Part shown: in pieces, positions 1 to 7,862 of the stretch | Layout: each line of letters opens with the position of its first letter | How positions within the stretch are numbered: position 1 is the first letter of the stretch | DNA from: Paenibacillus sp. KN14-4R | Lineage (GTDB): Bacteria; Bacillota; Bacilli; Paenibacillales; NBRC-103111 | DNA length: 24,000 nucleotides | Reading direction: 5' to 3' | Assembly: GCF_052180255.1 (NCBI RefSeq) | Contig: NZ_CP197466.1 | Coordinates: 574,922 to 598,921 of the forward strand | Translations under genes and position numbers: made by a program | The notes under the pieces: model-generated | Told to the model about the DNA's origin: nothing | Seen by the model: the letters and a program-made list of their open reading frames with translations, nothing else | Databases searched by the model: none

Positions 1-1161
1 TGGTATCGCGAGCACAAGCGTGATTTACCTTGGCGCCGCAGCCGTGATCCTTATTATATTTGGGTATCTGAAGTGATGCTGCAGCAGACCAGAGTGGATA
101 CTGTAATTCCGTATTGGCACAGATTTTTGGACAAGTTCCCGACTGTTCAGGCATTGGCAGAAGCACCGGAAGAAGAGGTGTTGAAAGCTTGGGAAGGGCT
201 TGGTTATTACTCCCGTGCACGTAATTTGCAGTCAGCTGTTCGTGAGGTGCATGAATGTTATGGCGGGGTGGTGCCAGATGAGAAAGAAGCGATTTCGTCT
301 TTAAAAGGGGTCGGTCCTTACACCTCAGGTGCAGTACTTAGCATTGCCTATAACAAGCCAGAACCTGCAGTAGATGGCAACGTGATGCGGGTGCTGTCCA
401 GATATTTTAATTTGGATGACGATATTGCGAAGCCGCGTACCCGTGTCAGGATGGAAAGCCTTGCACAGGAGCTCATTCCCGAAGGTGCGGCAGGCGATTT
501 CAATCAAGGTTTAATGGAACTTGGAGCAACTGTATGTACGCCGAAGTCACCGAGCTGTCTGACTTGTCCCGTTATGGAACATTGTGCAGGGCGCATTGCA
601 GGGAAGGAAGAAGTTCTGCCGGTGAAGACGAAGGCGAAACCGCCGCGTCCGGAGAGACGACTTATGGCTTTGATCGAAGGGACAGGCGAGCATGCAGGCA
701 AAGTGTTGATTCGTCAACGTCCACAGGAAGGATTGCTTGCACGTATGTGGGAACTGCCGCATATGGAGCTTGAGGCTGATGGGAATCTGATTAAGGCCGA
801 CCCGAGTACGAAACTTGAAAAGAAGAATACGAAACCGAGCAAGTGGGTGAAACGTGATACGGAGTCCAATCCACTATTATTTAACCAACAAGATGAAAAT
901 TACGGTACACAGCTACGTGAACATATGCTGACACAGGAGCATATTCCCCTAGAGATCGGTGAGTGGATGATGGATGTGGAGCATATTTTCTCCCATATTC
1001 AATGGCAGATGAGCGTGTATCGCAGTCGCATTGCGGACGAGCAAGCTGGATTACCAGGATTCTTACCTTTTCATTACCGCTGGTTGTCGCAGGATGAGAT
1101 GGAGCGGTATGCCTTTCCGAATGTATTCTTACGCGTATTAGAAGCCTATTTTGATCGATAA
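1..1161 (+). CDS. mutY: A/G-specific adenine DNA glycosylase MutY (5' end outside window)
   Basis: Frame 1 is open from base 1 (WYREHKRDLPWRRSRDPYYIWVSEVMLQQT...), so the ORF-track Met at 73 is internal. It has an HhH-GPD region (LKGVGPYTSGAVLSIAY), a 4Fe-4S loop C-x6-C-x2-C-x5-C (CTPKSPSCLTCPVMEHC) and a C-terminal NUDIX-like domain (FSHIQWQMSVY). Confidence 0.93.
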   Translation, partial: WYREHKRDLPWRRSRDPYYIWVSEVMLQQTRVDTVIPYWHRFLDKFPTVQALAEAPEEEVLKAWEGLGYYSRARNLQSAVREVHECYGGVVPDEKEAISSLKGVGPYTSGAVLSIAYNKPEPAVDGNVMRVLSRYFNLDDDIAKPRTRVRMESLAQELIPEGAAGDFNQGLMELGATVCTPKSPSCLTCPVMEHCAGRIAGKEEVLPVKTKAKPPRPERRLMALIEGTGEHAGKVLIRQRPQEGLLARMWELPHMELEADGNLIKADPSTKLEKKNTKPSKWVKRDTESNPLLFNQQDENYGTQLREHMLTQEHIPLEIGEWMMDVEHIFSHIQWQMSVYRSRIADEQAGLPGFLPFHYRWLSQDEMERYAFPNVFLRVLEAYFDR

Positions 1162-1186
1162 AATCGGATGAAGTGAGGATGTTTAT

Positions 1187-2143
1187 ATGGTTAAGGAAGA
1201 GTATATCATTCGCATGAATAAGGTCATTAATTATATCCAGCATCACTTGGATCAAGACCTGTCTTTGCATAAATTAGCTGAGCAGGCCGCGTTCTCCCCG
1301 TTTCATTTTCACAGGGTGTTCAAGCAGGTGATGGGTGTGAGTGTGAATGAATTCGTACGCCGTGAAAAGATCGAGCGTGCGGCTAAGATGTTACTTCATA
1401 ACCCCAGTGCGGCACTCACTTCGGTTGCACTAGATTGTGGGTTCTCTTCTGTATCGACATTTTCACGTGCATTCAAAGAACGATTTGGCGTCAATGCGAC
1501 GCAGTATCGGGAGCAATATCTTAAGCGACGAAATAGCAAGATTTGCAAAGTGGATAGCAAGAATGGAAAAGCAGAATTCCTTGCGGGCAGTTATGATAGT
1601 CGTACAGCAGCGGCCGCTGAGACTACGATCCAAAGGGGTTATGAAGCGATGAATGTTGAAGTAAGAGATTTGTCCAATTTACATGTAGCTTATGTTCGAG
1701 TTTATGAAGGTTATGAACCAGGTGAACTAAGCTCGGCTATTGATCAATCATTTAACAAGGTATGTGGATGGGTTGAGGCAAGAAATTTATTCACACCGGA
1801 TACAAAGGTAATGGGCGTATTTTATGATGATTCGATAGTGACTTCGAGCAGCAATCGCAGATATGATGCAGCGGTCACGATTCCAGACACCATTCAAGCA
1901 GGAAGTGATGGCGTAGATACTCAGGTTATTCCTGCTAGTCAATATGCGGTTTGTAGGATCGAGGAGAGCTCGATGGGATCAGCAATCGCGAAGATGGATG
2001 ATGCATTTGGCTATATGAAAAATGATTGGCTGCCATCAAGTGCTTATCAACTTGTCGATCAGCCATTAATTGAGATTTATGTCAGCGGGCCGAACGCACC
2101 GACGATCGTTATTGAGGCTTTAGTGCCGATTGCACCGAAGTAA
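1187..2143 (+). CDS. AraC-family transcriptional regulator with C-terminal GyrI-like effector-binding domain
   Basis: The N-terminal AraC HTH pair is present (FSPFHFHRVFKQVMGVSVNEFVRREKIERAAKML; GFSSVSTFSRAFKERFG). The C-terminal ~150 aa resembles GyrI-like/SOUL small-molecule-binding domains (ends PLIEIYVSGP). An RBS (GTGAGGA) lies 8 nt upstream of the ATG, 26 nt after mutY. Confidence 0.8.
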   Translation: MVKEEYIIRMNKVINYIQHHLDQDLSLHKLAEQAAFSPFHFHRVFKQVMGVSVNEFVRREKIERAAKMLLHNPSAALTSVALDCGFSSVSTFSRAFKERFGVNATQYREQYLKRRNSKICKVDSKNGKAEFLAGSYDSRTAAAAETTIQRGYEAMNVEVRDLSNLHVAYVRVYEGYEPGELSSAIDQSFNKVCGWVEARNLFTPDTKVMGVFYDDSIVTSSSNRRYDAAVTIPDTIQAGSDGVDTQVIPASQYAVCRIEESSMGSAIAKMDDAFGYMKNDWLPSSAYQLVDQPLIEIYVSGPNAPTIVIEALVPIAPK

Positions 2144-2171
2144 GATCAAGCACATTCAAGCTCATGAACAT

Positions 2172-2241
2172 AAAACAAGCACACAAGAATCCGTGAAGCG
2201 GCATGCTTCCTGCGAATATCTGGTGTGCTTGTTTATTTATT
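2172..2241. terminator. Bidirectional hairpin terminator between convergent AraC/GyrI gene and sodA
   Basis: AAACAAGCACAC (2173-2184) pairs with GTGTGCTTGTTT (2223-2234). The loop holds an inner GAAGC/GCTTC hairpin. The stem is followed by TTTATTTATT on plus and by a U-rich run on the minus transcript. Confidence 0.6.
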
Positions 2242-2252
2242 ATAAAAATGAC

Positions 2253-2867
2253 TTACTTCTTAGCTGCAGCATAACGAGCGTTAACTGCATCCCAGTTCAC
2301 AACGTTCCAGAACGCTGCGATGTAGTCAGGGCGTTTGTTTTGGTAGTTCAAGTAGTAAGCATGCTCCCAAACATCAAGACCAAGAACAGGAGTTAGACCT
2401 TCCATGATTGGAGAGTCTTGGTTAGGTGTGGAGGACACAACAAGTGCGCCTTCAGCGTTCACGCTAAGCCAAGCCCAGCCGGAACCAAAACGAGTTGTTG
2501 CTGCTTTTGCAAAATCTTCTTTGAACTTCGCGAAACCGCCAAGCTCGCTGTCGATTGCAGCTAGGATTGCGCCAGTTGGCTCGCCGCCGCCGTTAGGTCC
2601 GATGATTTCCCAGAACAAGGAGTGGTTCGCGTGACCGCCACCATTGTTACGTACTGCTGTACGGATGTTTTCAGGAACCGCGTTCAAGTCAGCGATCAAA
2701 TCTTCAACGGATTTAGCAGCAAGCTCATCATGACCTTCAAGTGCAGCATTGACGTTAGTCACGTATGTGTTGTGGTGACGATCATGGTGAATCATCATTG
2801 TCGTCTCGTCGATGTGCGGCTCAAGTGCGTTGTTTGCGTAAGGTAGAGCGGGTAATTGGTATGCCAT
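2253..2867 (-). CDS. sodA: Mn-type superoxide dismutase
   Basis: Near full-length match from memory to Bacillus SodA (MAYxLPxLPY..., HHxKHHxTYV, GGGHANH, [18 protein letters not shown]). The ORF begins with two ATGs (2870 and 2867). The second gives the usual MAY start and better spacing from the AGGAGGT RBS. Confidence 0.95.
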   Translation of the reverse strand: MAYQLPALPYANNALEPHIDETTMMIHHDRHHNTYVTNVNAALEGHDELAAKSVEDLIADLNAVPENIRTAVRNNGGGHANHSLFWEIIGPNGGGEPTGAILAAIDSELGGFAKFKEDFAKAATTRFGSGWAWLSVNAEGALVVSSTPNQDSPIMEGLTPVLGLDVWEHAYYLNYQNKRPDYIAAFWNVVNWDAVNARYAAAKK

Positions 2868-2915
2868 CATTAAAACCTCCTAAAGGGTATGTATGGTTGT
2901 GAAGCGATACTATAA

Positions 2916-2944
2916 ATTATGGCGTATTTCCATTCGTAAAGCAA
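2916..2944 (-). promoter_or_regulatory. Candidate sigma-A promoter of sodA
   Basis: The minus strand reads TTGCTT (2944-2939), a 17-nt spacer, then CATAAT (2921-2916), about 45 nt upstream of the sodA start. Confidence 0.45.
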
Positions 2945-2990
2945 TCTTTCGTTTTACTCTATAAAGCGATTGAGGGCTTATTAGTCCTGT

Positions 2991-3047
2991 TTTTATTATA
3001 AAAATACCGCCTCCAACAATCGCATCAAGCGATCGAGGGGAGCGGTT
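2991..3047 (-). terminator. Rho-independent terminator after the 241-aa gene
   Basis: The minus transcript has ACCGCTCCC...GGAGGCGGT arms (plus 3006-3014 / 3037-3046) with an inner ATCGC/GCGAT hairpin, followed by TATTTTTATAATAAAAA. It starts 14 nt after the stop at 3061. Confidence 0.65.
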
Positions 3048-3060
3048 TTATTTTAACCCA

Positions 3061-3786
3061 TTATTTGTATGTCACTTGAATGGGCGTCCATTCTCCAGCC
3101 ACTGTCTGACCGTGTAGGGATGTGCTGCCTTCAGGCGAAATGTCTTTCTCTGTCATAATACCAAGTGCAATTTTGAAGCCGTTAAATTTGATTGGCACGC
3201 GCTGCTCGCGGCGTACTTCCACACCGTTCACGAAGAAAATAATCTCGTCTGTTCCACGATTGTACGTAATGCGATACGTATTGAATTCACGAGGTTTAAA
3301 GTCTGTTGCTTCTTTAAACACGCAGAAGTAACGCGTCGCATCCATTGCGGGAACCGTGACACCTGGGAATGGCAGAATCGCATACACACTTGCATACTTG
3401 TCATTGCTCACGAAGAAATCGAGCGCAGCACCTGTGGAGAAGTCCATCAAGTTCAAGGACACGAAACCATCATACAAGTCGCCGGGTGCTGTACCTTGTG
3501 TACGCGAGCGAATTTGTAATTCAAAGCTAACTTCCTGCTCATCTTCGACAGGGAATGTTTCCACGGAATAATACATGTGCTTCGCATTATCGAGGAATTG
3601 GATCTTGTCATTGGAACGGCTAAGCGGCGCACGCACATATAGAATGCCATTACGCACAATAACGGTTGCATCAGGTTCGCGGAACGTCCAGAATGAACCG
3701 TCCGGAAGTGGGAACCCACCCATCTCCCATACTTGACCTTCATTAAGAATGGTATCAAAGCTGCCAACAGTCAGTTGTTTTTCCAT
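3061..3786 (-). CDS. Hypothetical soluble beta-rich protein, possible concanavalin-A-like jelly-roll fold
   Basis: A 241-aa ORF with a strong RBS (GAGAGGAG, 9-nt spacing). No signal peptide or TM segment is evident. The C-terminal pattern FNTYRITYNRGTDEIIFFVNGVEV is typical of ConA-like lectin/glucanase sandwiches. I do not recognise a characterised family. It lies 32 nt downstream of the UbiA-family gene. Confidence 0.75.
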   Translation of the reverse strand: MEKQLTVGSFDTILNEGQVWEMGGFPLPDGSFWTFREPDATVIVRNGILYVRAPLSRSNDKIQFLDNAKHMYYSVETFPVEDEQEVSFELQIRSRTQGTAPGDLYDGFVSLNLMDFSTGAALDFFVSNDKYASVYAILPFPGVTVPAMDATRYFCVFKEATDFKPREFNTYRITYNRGTDEIIFFVNGVEVRREQRVPIKFNGFKIALGIMTEKDISPEGSTSLHGQTVAGEWTPIQVTYK

Positions 3787-3818
3787 TCGAATAAACTCCT
3801 CTCAGATGTAAATGTATA

Positions 3819-4739
3819 TTAACCAATTAATCTTTGAATTAGTAAGCATACGATCATAATCATACCGCTTCGAAGTGTCAGCTTGAGTGAAGCGACCATG
3901 AGGGGACCGTACGCGTGAGATGGATTGTGTGTGCCCAGTTTTCGGTAGATCGCCCAAATCGGGTAAAACACAATAAGTGTCAGTAGGGCATATAGCGGAA
4001 ATGCCTTGAACCATACAGCAACGCCGAGTGAAATGGCAGCTAGAATCAGGATAAAGCGTGAGAATATAAGCGCGCGCTTTTCACCCCATACGACAACAAG
4101 TGTCCGTTTGCCAGATTCTTTGTCTGCTTGCCAATGTAAAAAGTGATGGTTAAACAAAATTAATGTCGTTAAAAGTCCGATCGGGAGTGATGCAAGTAGT
4201 GCTTTTATATCGTAAGTGCCTGTCTGAACGTAGTAGCTGCCAAGCACAGGAAGAACTCCGAATGCAATTAGAATTGCAATTTCACTATAACCTTTGCCAC
4301 GATAACCGAAGCGAATAGGTGGAGCCACATAAAAGTAAGCAATGAGAGCACCTAGAATCCCATACACCCATACCATGGGTCCGCGTGACACGGCGAGTAT
4401 GACCCCGCATACGACAGTAAGCAGCAGCATGCTCCATGTCCATGTCGCAAACTTTTTCTCTGGAACGAGATTCCCAGTTAATAGACCCGAGTGCGTTCGT
4501 AGTGTGTCCTCCGTGACGGCTTGTACTTTATCTACTCCATTGCGATAGTCCCACAAGTCATTGACCATATTCGAGAAAAGATGGAGACTGCACGCACCAA
4601 GCAGTGTGAGCAGGAACCAGCCTACAGAGAACGTTTTGTTCCAAGCAACTGCGCCAACGGCTCCAATTAAGACAGGGAGTACCATCACAGGTATGACTTG
4701 AAAACGCGTGGCTTTAACGAAAAGAGCCCATTTGGTCAT
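3819..4739 (-). CDS. UbiA-family (MenA-like) integral membrane prenyltransferase
   Basis: The 306-aa protein is hydrophobic throughout, with about 8-9 predicted TM helices. The first Asp-rich motif NMVNDLWDYRNGVD (nt 4530-4571) and the conserved SGKRTL following the second motif region (nt 4098-4151) are present. An AGGAGGT RBS lies 6 nt upstream of the ATG. Confidence 0.85.
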   Translation of the reverse strand: MTKWALFVKATRFQVIPVMVLPVLIGAVGAVAWNKTFSVGWFLLTLLGACSLHLFSNMVNDLWDYRNGVDKVQAVTEDTLRTHSGLLTGNLVPEKKFATWTWSMLLLTVVCGVILAVSRGPMVWVYGILGALIAYFYVAPPIRFGYRGKGYSEIAILIAFGVLPVLGSYYVQTGTYDIKALLASLPIGLLTTLILFNHHFLHWQADKESGKRTLVVVWGEKRALIFSRFILILAAISLGVAVWFKAFPLYALLTLIVFYPIWAIYRKLGTHNPSHAYGPLMVASLKLTLRSGMIMIVCLLIQRLIG

Positions 4740-4775
4740 GCCATTACCTCCTATACCTGATGACTATGAAAACAT

Positions 4776-4813
4776 GAAAAACTTAGGAAGTAGGAGTGAC
4801 CCGATCCCTAAGT
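4776..4813 (-). terminator. Hairpin terminator after VOC gene, within the leader of the UbiA operon
   Basis: The minus strand reads ACTTAGGGA-(15 nt)-TTCCTAAGT, a 9-bp stem with one G.U pair, followed by TTTTCATGTTTTC. Confidence 0.55.
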
Positions 4814-4882
4814 TTAAGTATGTTTTGATAATATCAAATATATAGGAGATTATCTATATCGTTATTATGGGAAAATACGAAT

Positions 4883-5260
4883 CTAGTCTAGTGATGAGCA
4901 GATTTCAATTAGATTGCCATCTGGATCGCTCACGTAAGACACAATTTGTCCCCAAGGTTTCTCCAAAGGTTCCTTAACAACCGTAACACCTGCTTGGCGG
5001 AGCTGCTCAATTGTAGCTGCCACATCCGTGACAGTGAATCCAAGTTCATAGGTACGAGAGTGGTGGTCAGGGATGTCTAGACCTGTTATTTCACGAACAC
5101 TTTCTCTTGTATTTATAGCTAGAATCGTCGAGCCTGTATCAAATTCGATATAACTATCATGTTCACCGCGGATTGGCAATCCGAGCAAATCTCGGTAAAA
5201 GGTGAGAGATTCTTGCGGATGATTCGTGTACAAAATCACATAGCGTAGCGTTAGTTGCAT
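4883..5260 (-). CDS. VOC (glyoxalase/bleomycin-resistance/dioxygenase fold) family protein
   Basis: The 125-aa length and pattern are typical of single-module-pair VOC proteins (MQLTLRYVILYTNHPQESLTFYRDLLGL..., C-terminal DPDGNLIEI). An AAGGAG RBS lies 9 nt upstream. Confidence 0.8.
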   Translation of the reverse strand: MQLTLRYVILYTNHPQESLTFYRDLLGLPIRGEHDSYIEFDTGSTILAINTRESVREITGLDIPDHHSRTYELGFTVTDVAATIEQLRQAGVTVVKEPLEKPWGQIVSYVSDPDGNLIEICSSLD

Positions 5261-5377
5261 AACAAACAGCTCCTTTATAATAAGTTAGAACATACATTCG
5301 TCATATTGTGTGAAATTCCTTCTTAAGGAAATGTAAACGCTTGATATAAAGCGCTTTCACGAGAAAAACGGAGAATT

Positions 5378-5406
5378 TTGACGATTTTTGCGTTTTCGTT
5401 TAAAAT
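5378..5406 (+). promoter_or_regulatory. Candidate sigma-A promoter upstream of the GNAT gene
   Basis: TTGACG (5378-5383), an exact 17-nt spacer, then TAAAAT (5401-5406). This implies a leader of about 125 nt before the ATG at 5537. Confidence 0.5.
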
Positions 5407-5536
5407 AACAGCAGGATTTCGTAAAATATTGTCGTAATCTTTTTCTAAATATCATCGTGTTGTTTGTCGTACTGATCGACTTCCATTGCCTTGACGGTAG
5501 CCGATTGAAAAATACCAAAAAGTGGGAGCGATTTCA

Positions 5537-5965
5537 ATGCTTATTCGTGATTTTCAACTGTCTGATCATGGTTCAGTTTCTATGTTACTAGAAGATACAC
5601 TTAGCGAAGAATGTTTTGTAGAAACGATGCAAGCTTTAGGTAGACAATTATCATGGGATAGCGAATTAATTTTGGTGGCAGAAGTAGAAGGTCAAGTCGT
5701 GGGTACGATTATTGGAACGATCGATAACAATAAGGGATATTTTTATCGTATCGCCGTGACAAACGGGTATCAGGGCAAGGGGATTGGCATGTCCATGGTC
5801 AATGCGCTTAAGCAGCGTTTTCAAATGAGACATGTACAGAAGATCTTGATTAGTATTGATCGTCATAATGAAGTAGCGATCCCGGTATATTTATCGGCAG
5901 GCTATCAAGAAACCGATTTTGCCAGATCACCTGAGCGTCTTAGTATCGTCAAAAAAGTCATGTAA
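5537..5965 (+). CDS. GNAT-family N-acetyltransferase
   Basis: An acetyl-CoA-binding motif is present (RIAVTNGYQGKGIGMSMVNAL). I prefer the ATG at 5537 (MLIRDF...), with GGGAG 8 nt upstream, over the ORF-track GTG at 5522. Confidence 0.85.
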   Translation: MLIRDFQLSDHGSVSMLLEDTLSEECFVETMQALGRQLSWDSELILVAEVEGQVVGTIIGTIDNNKGYFYRIAVTNGYQGKGIGMSMVNALKQRFQMRHVQKILISIDRHNEVAIPVYLSAGYQETDFARSPERLSIVKKVM

Positions 5966-5992
5966 GAATTGACAAATAATTTTAACTTTTAT

Positions 5993-6044
5993 ATCATATC
6001 GATTCTCTAGTTTACCTTGGGAAATGATATGATTTTTTATTTTT
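5993..6044 (+). terminator. Rho-independent terminator after GNAT gene
   Basis: ATCATATCGATTC (from 5993) pairs with GAAATGATATGAT (to 6033), giving 13 bp with one mismatch and one G.U. It is followed by TTTTTTATTTTTAT. Confidence 0.7.
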
Positions 6045-6104
6045 ATAGGGTACAATTATAACAAAGATTAGACCAATAAATAAGGTGAAAGGGGCTGTCG
6101 TAAA

Positions 6105-6662
6105 ATGAATCCATATTCTTCTTGTGTGATTAAAAGCTATAAACACGACGGTCACTTGCACCGGATGTGGGTGGAGAATTGGATGGTTCCCAAACAGCTT
6201 CTGCATGCGGATCATGCGGCTAGGTCCATCACTGTTACCATTAATGAATATACGAAGATTATTGAAGGGGATGGCAAGGAGTGGACAAGCCGGATACCTG
6301 GCGTCACTTTTTTCATACCGAATGAATGGTTTAATATTGTGGCCCTATTGGTTGATGAGGGTGTTAGATATTACTGTAATATCGCTTCGCCACCAGAGAT
6401 CAGCGAACATCTAGTGACTTATATTGATTACGACCTCGACGTCACGGTGTCACCAAGCGGATTCGTACAAGTGGTGGATCAGGATGAATATGAACTGCAC
6501 AGGATGCAGTATACGTATACGCCAGATGTGGAAGAACACGTAATGCGGGGACTTGATAGCCTTCTAGAGCGAATTAAGGAGCATGCTCCACCGTTTGGGG
6601 AAGAGCAGGTTATGACCTATTATCAAATGTGGAAAGAGAGTATGCCTGATCGGCAGAGGTGA
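6105..6662 (+). CDS. DUF402-domain protein (YgaC / nucleoside tri- and diphosphatase Ntdp-like)
   Basis: The 185-aa protein shows the pattern I associate with the UPF0374/DUF402 family (IKSYKHDGHLHRMW..., YYCNIASP..., YIDYDLDV). Its TGA stop overlaps the queG GTG (GTGA). Confidence 0.75.
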   Translation: MNPYSSCVIKSYKHDGHLHRMWVENWMVPKQLLHADHAARSITVTINEYTKIIEGDGKEWTSRIPGVTFFIPNEWFNIVALLVDEGVRYYCNIASPPEISEHLVTYIDYDLDVTVSPSGFVQVVDQDEYELHRMQYTYTPDVEEHVMRGLDSLLERIKEHAPPFGEEQVMTYYQMWKESMPDRQR

Positions 6663-7858
6663 ATGGCTTGCAATGGGATATAGACGAGGCTTCGCCTCAG
6701 GCATGGAAACAGCTTAAACAAGAGTTAAAAGACGCAGCATCGGAACTTGGCATTGATTCGATTGGATTTACATCAGGGAAGCCTTTTGAGGGTTTGAAGG
6801 AAATTTTACAGAACCATCGGGATAAAGGGTTTGAGTCGGGCTTTGAAGAATCGGATTTGGATAAAAGGGTACAACCGGACCTCAGCTTCGATGGTCCGTT
6901 ATCCATACTTGCGATTGCTGTTGCATATCCGTCAAAGCTCCAAGATCCGCCGCGCTCCGAACCGGGCGCTTATCGGGGAATGATTGCAAGAAGCGCATGG
7001 GGAATCGATTATCACCATGTCCTTCGCGATCGCTTGGCTAAACTTGAAAATTGGCTAAAAGAAAGAGTTCGCGGCGTACGGACGTTAAGCATGGTGGATA
7101 CCGGCGCTTTCGTGGATCGGGCTGTGTCGGAACGTGCGGGCGTTGGTTTTATCGGAAAGAACTGTGCGGTTATTACCCCTGAATGGGGCTCTTGGGTGTA
7201 CTTGGGGGAAGTCATTACGAACATTCCATTTCCTGAGGATACGCCGATAACTCAATTGTGCGGGGAATGTACGAAGTGTATTGATGCATGCCCAACAGGT
7301 GCGCTAGTAGGACCAGGACAATTGAATGCGTCGCGATGCGTATCCTTTCTTACACAGACCAAGGGTGTTATTGAAGATGATGAACTGAAGAAAAAGATCG
7401 GTAATCGGTTATACGGATGTGATACGTGCCAGATCGTATGCCCTTTTAACAAAGGGAAGAATTGGACCCATCATGAGGAGCTGCAGCCCGATCCAGAGAT
7501 CGTAAAGCCGCTGCTCATTCCACTGTTAACGATGGGTAATCGCGAATTTAAAGAAACATATGGCATGAGCGCTGCCGCTTGGCGAGGCAAAAAGCCGATT
7601 CAACGCAATGCGATTCTCGGGTTAGGTAATTTCAAAGATCGTTCAGCAGTACCTGTTCTTGGGAAGTTATTGAAAGATGATCCAAGGCCCGATATTCGGG
7701 CGACAGCAGCTTGGGCACTTGGCAACATTGGTGGCGAAGAAGCGTTGGATGTCATTCGCAAGGCGAAAGCATTTGAAAATGATGACCTCGTACTTAAAGA
7801 GCTTGAGCGTTCACAAGAGAGGTTGATGCAGGTCATCACAAGTGATGAGGGAGAGTGA
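6659..7858 (+). CDS. queG: tRNA epoxyqueuosine(34) reductase
   Basis: It is collinear from memory with B. subtilis QueG/YhbA (RSAWGxDYH, SMVDTG, two ferredoxin motifs CGECTKCIDACP and CDTCQIVCP, WRGKKPIQRNAILGL, C-terminal HEAT-like DPRPDIRATAAWALG). The start is uncertain: GTG at 6659 or TTG at 6668. Confidence 0.92.
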   Translation: MNGLQWDIDEASPQAWKQLKQELKDAASELGIDSIGFTSGKPFEGLKEILQNHRDKGFESGFEESDLDKRVQPDLSFDGPLSILAIAVAYPSKLQDPPRSEPGAYRGMIARSAWGIDYHHVLRDRLAKLENWLKERVRGVRTLSMVDTGAFVDRAVSERAGVGFIGKNCAVITPEWGSWVYLGEVITNIPFPEDTPITQLCGECTKCIDACPTGALVGPGQLNASRCVSFLTQTKGVIEDDELKKKIGNRLYGCDTCQIVCPFNKGKNWTHHEELQPDPEIVKPLLIPLLTMGNREFKETYGMSAAAWRGKKPIQRNAILGLGNFKDRSAVPVLGKLLKDDPRPDIRATAAWALGNIGGEEALDVIRKAKAFENDDLVLKELERSQERLMQVITSDEGE

Positions 7859-7862
7859 ACCG

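Noticed and set aside
881-1270. A 129-aa minus-strand ORF spanning the mutY/AraC junction.
   Set aside because: It overlaps two well-supported plus-strand genes, has no RBS and shows no recognisable protein features.
2404-2846. ORFs of 76 aa and 74 aa on the plus strand inside sodA.
   Set aside because: They are antisense to a very well supported, full-length SodA reading frame. They have no RBS and their composition is typical of shadow ORFs.
3453-3767. A 104-aa alternative-frame ORF within the 241-aa gene, plus plus-strand ORFs at 3122-3571.
   Set aside because: They are nested in the longer ORF, which has the strong RBS and terminator, and nothing independent supports them.
5969-5997. 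A TTGACA-17-TATCAT promoter-like match just after the GNAT stop.
   Set aside because: Its -10 is part of the left arm of the GNAT terminator stem (5993-6033). The match is probably fortuitous in AT-rich sequence, so I could not support it as a promoter for the DUF402 operon.
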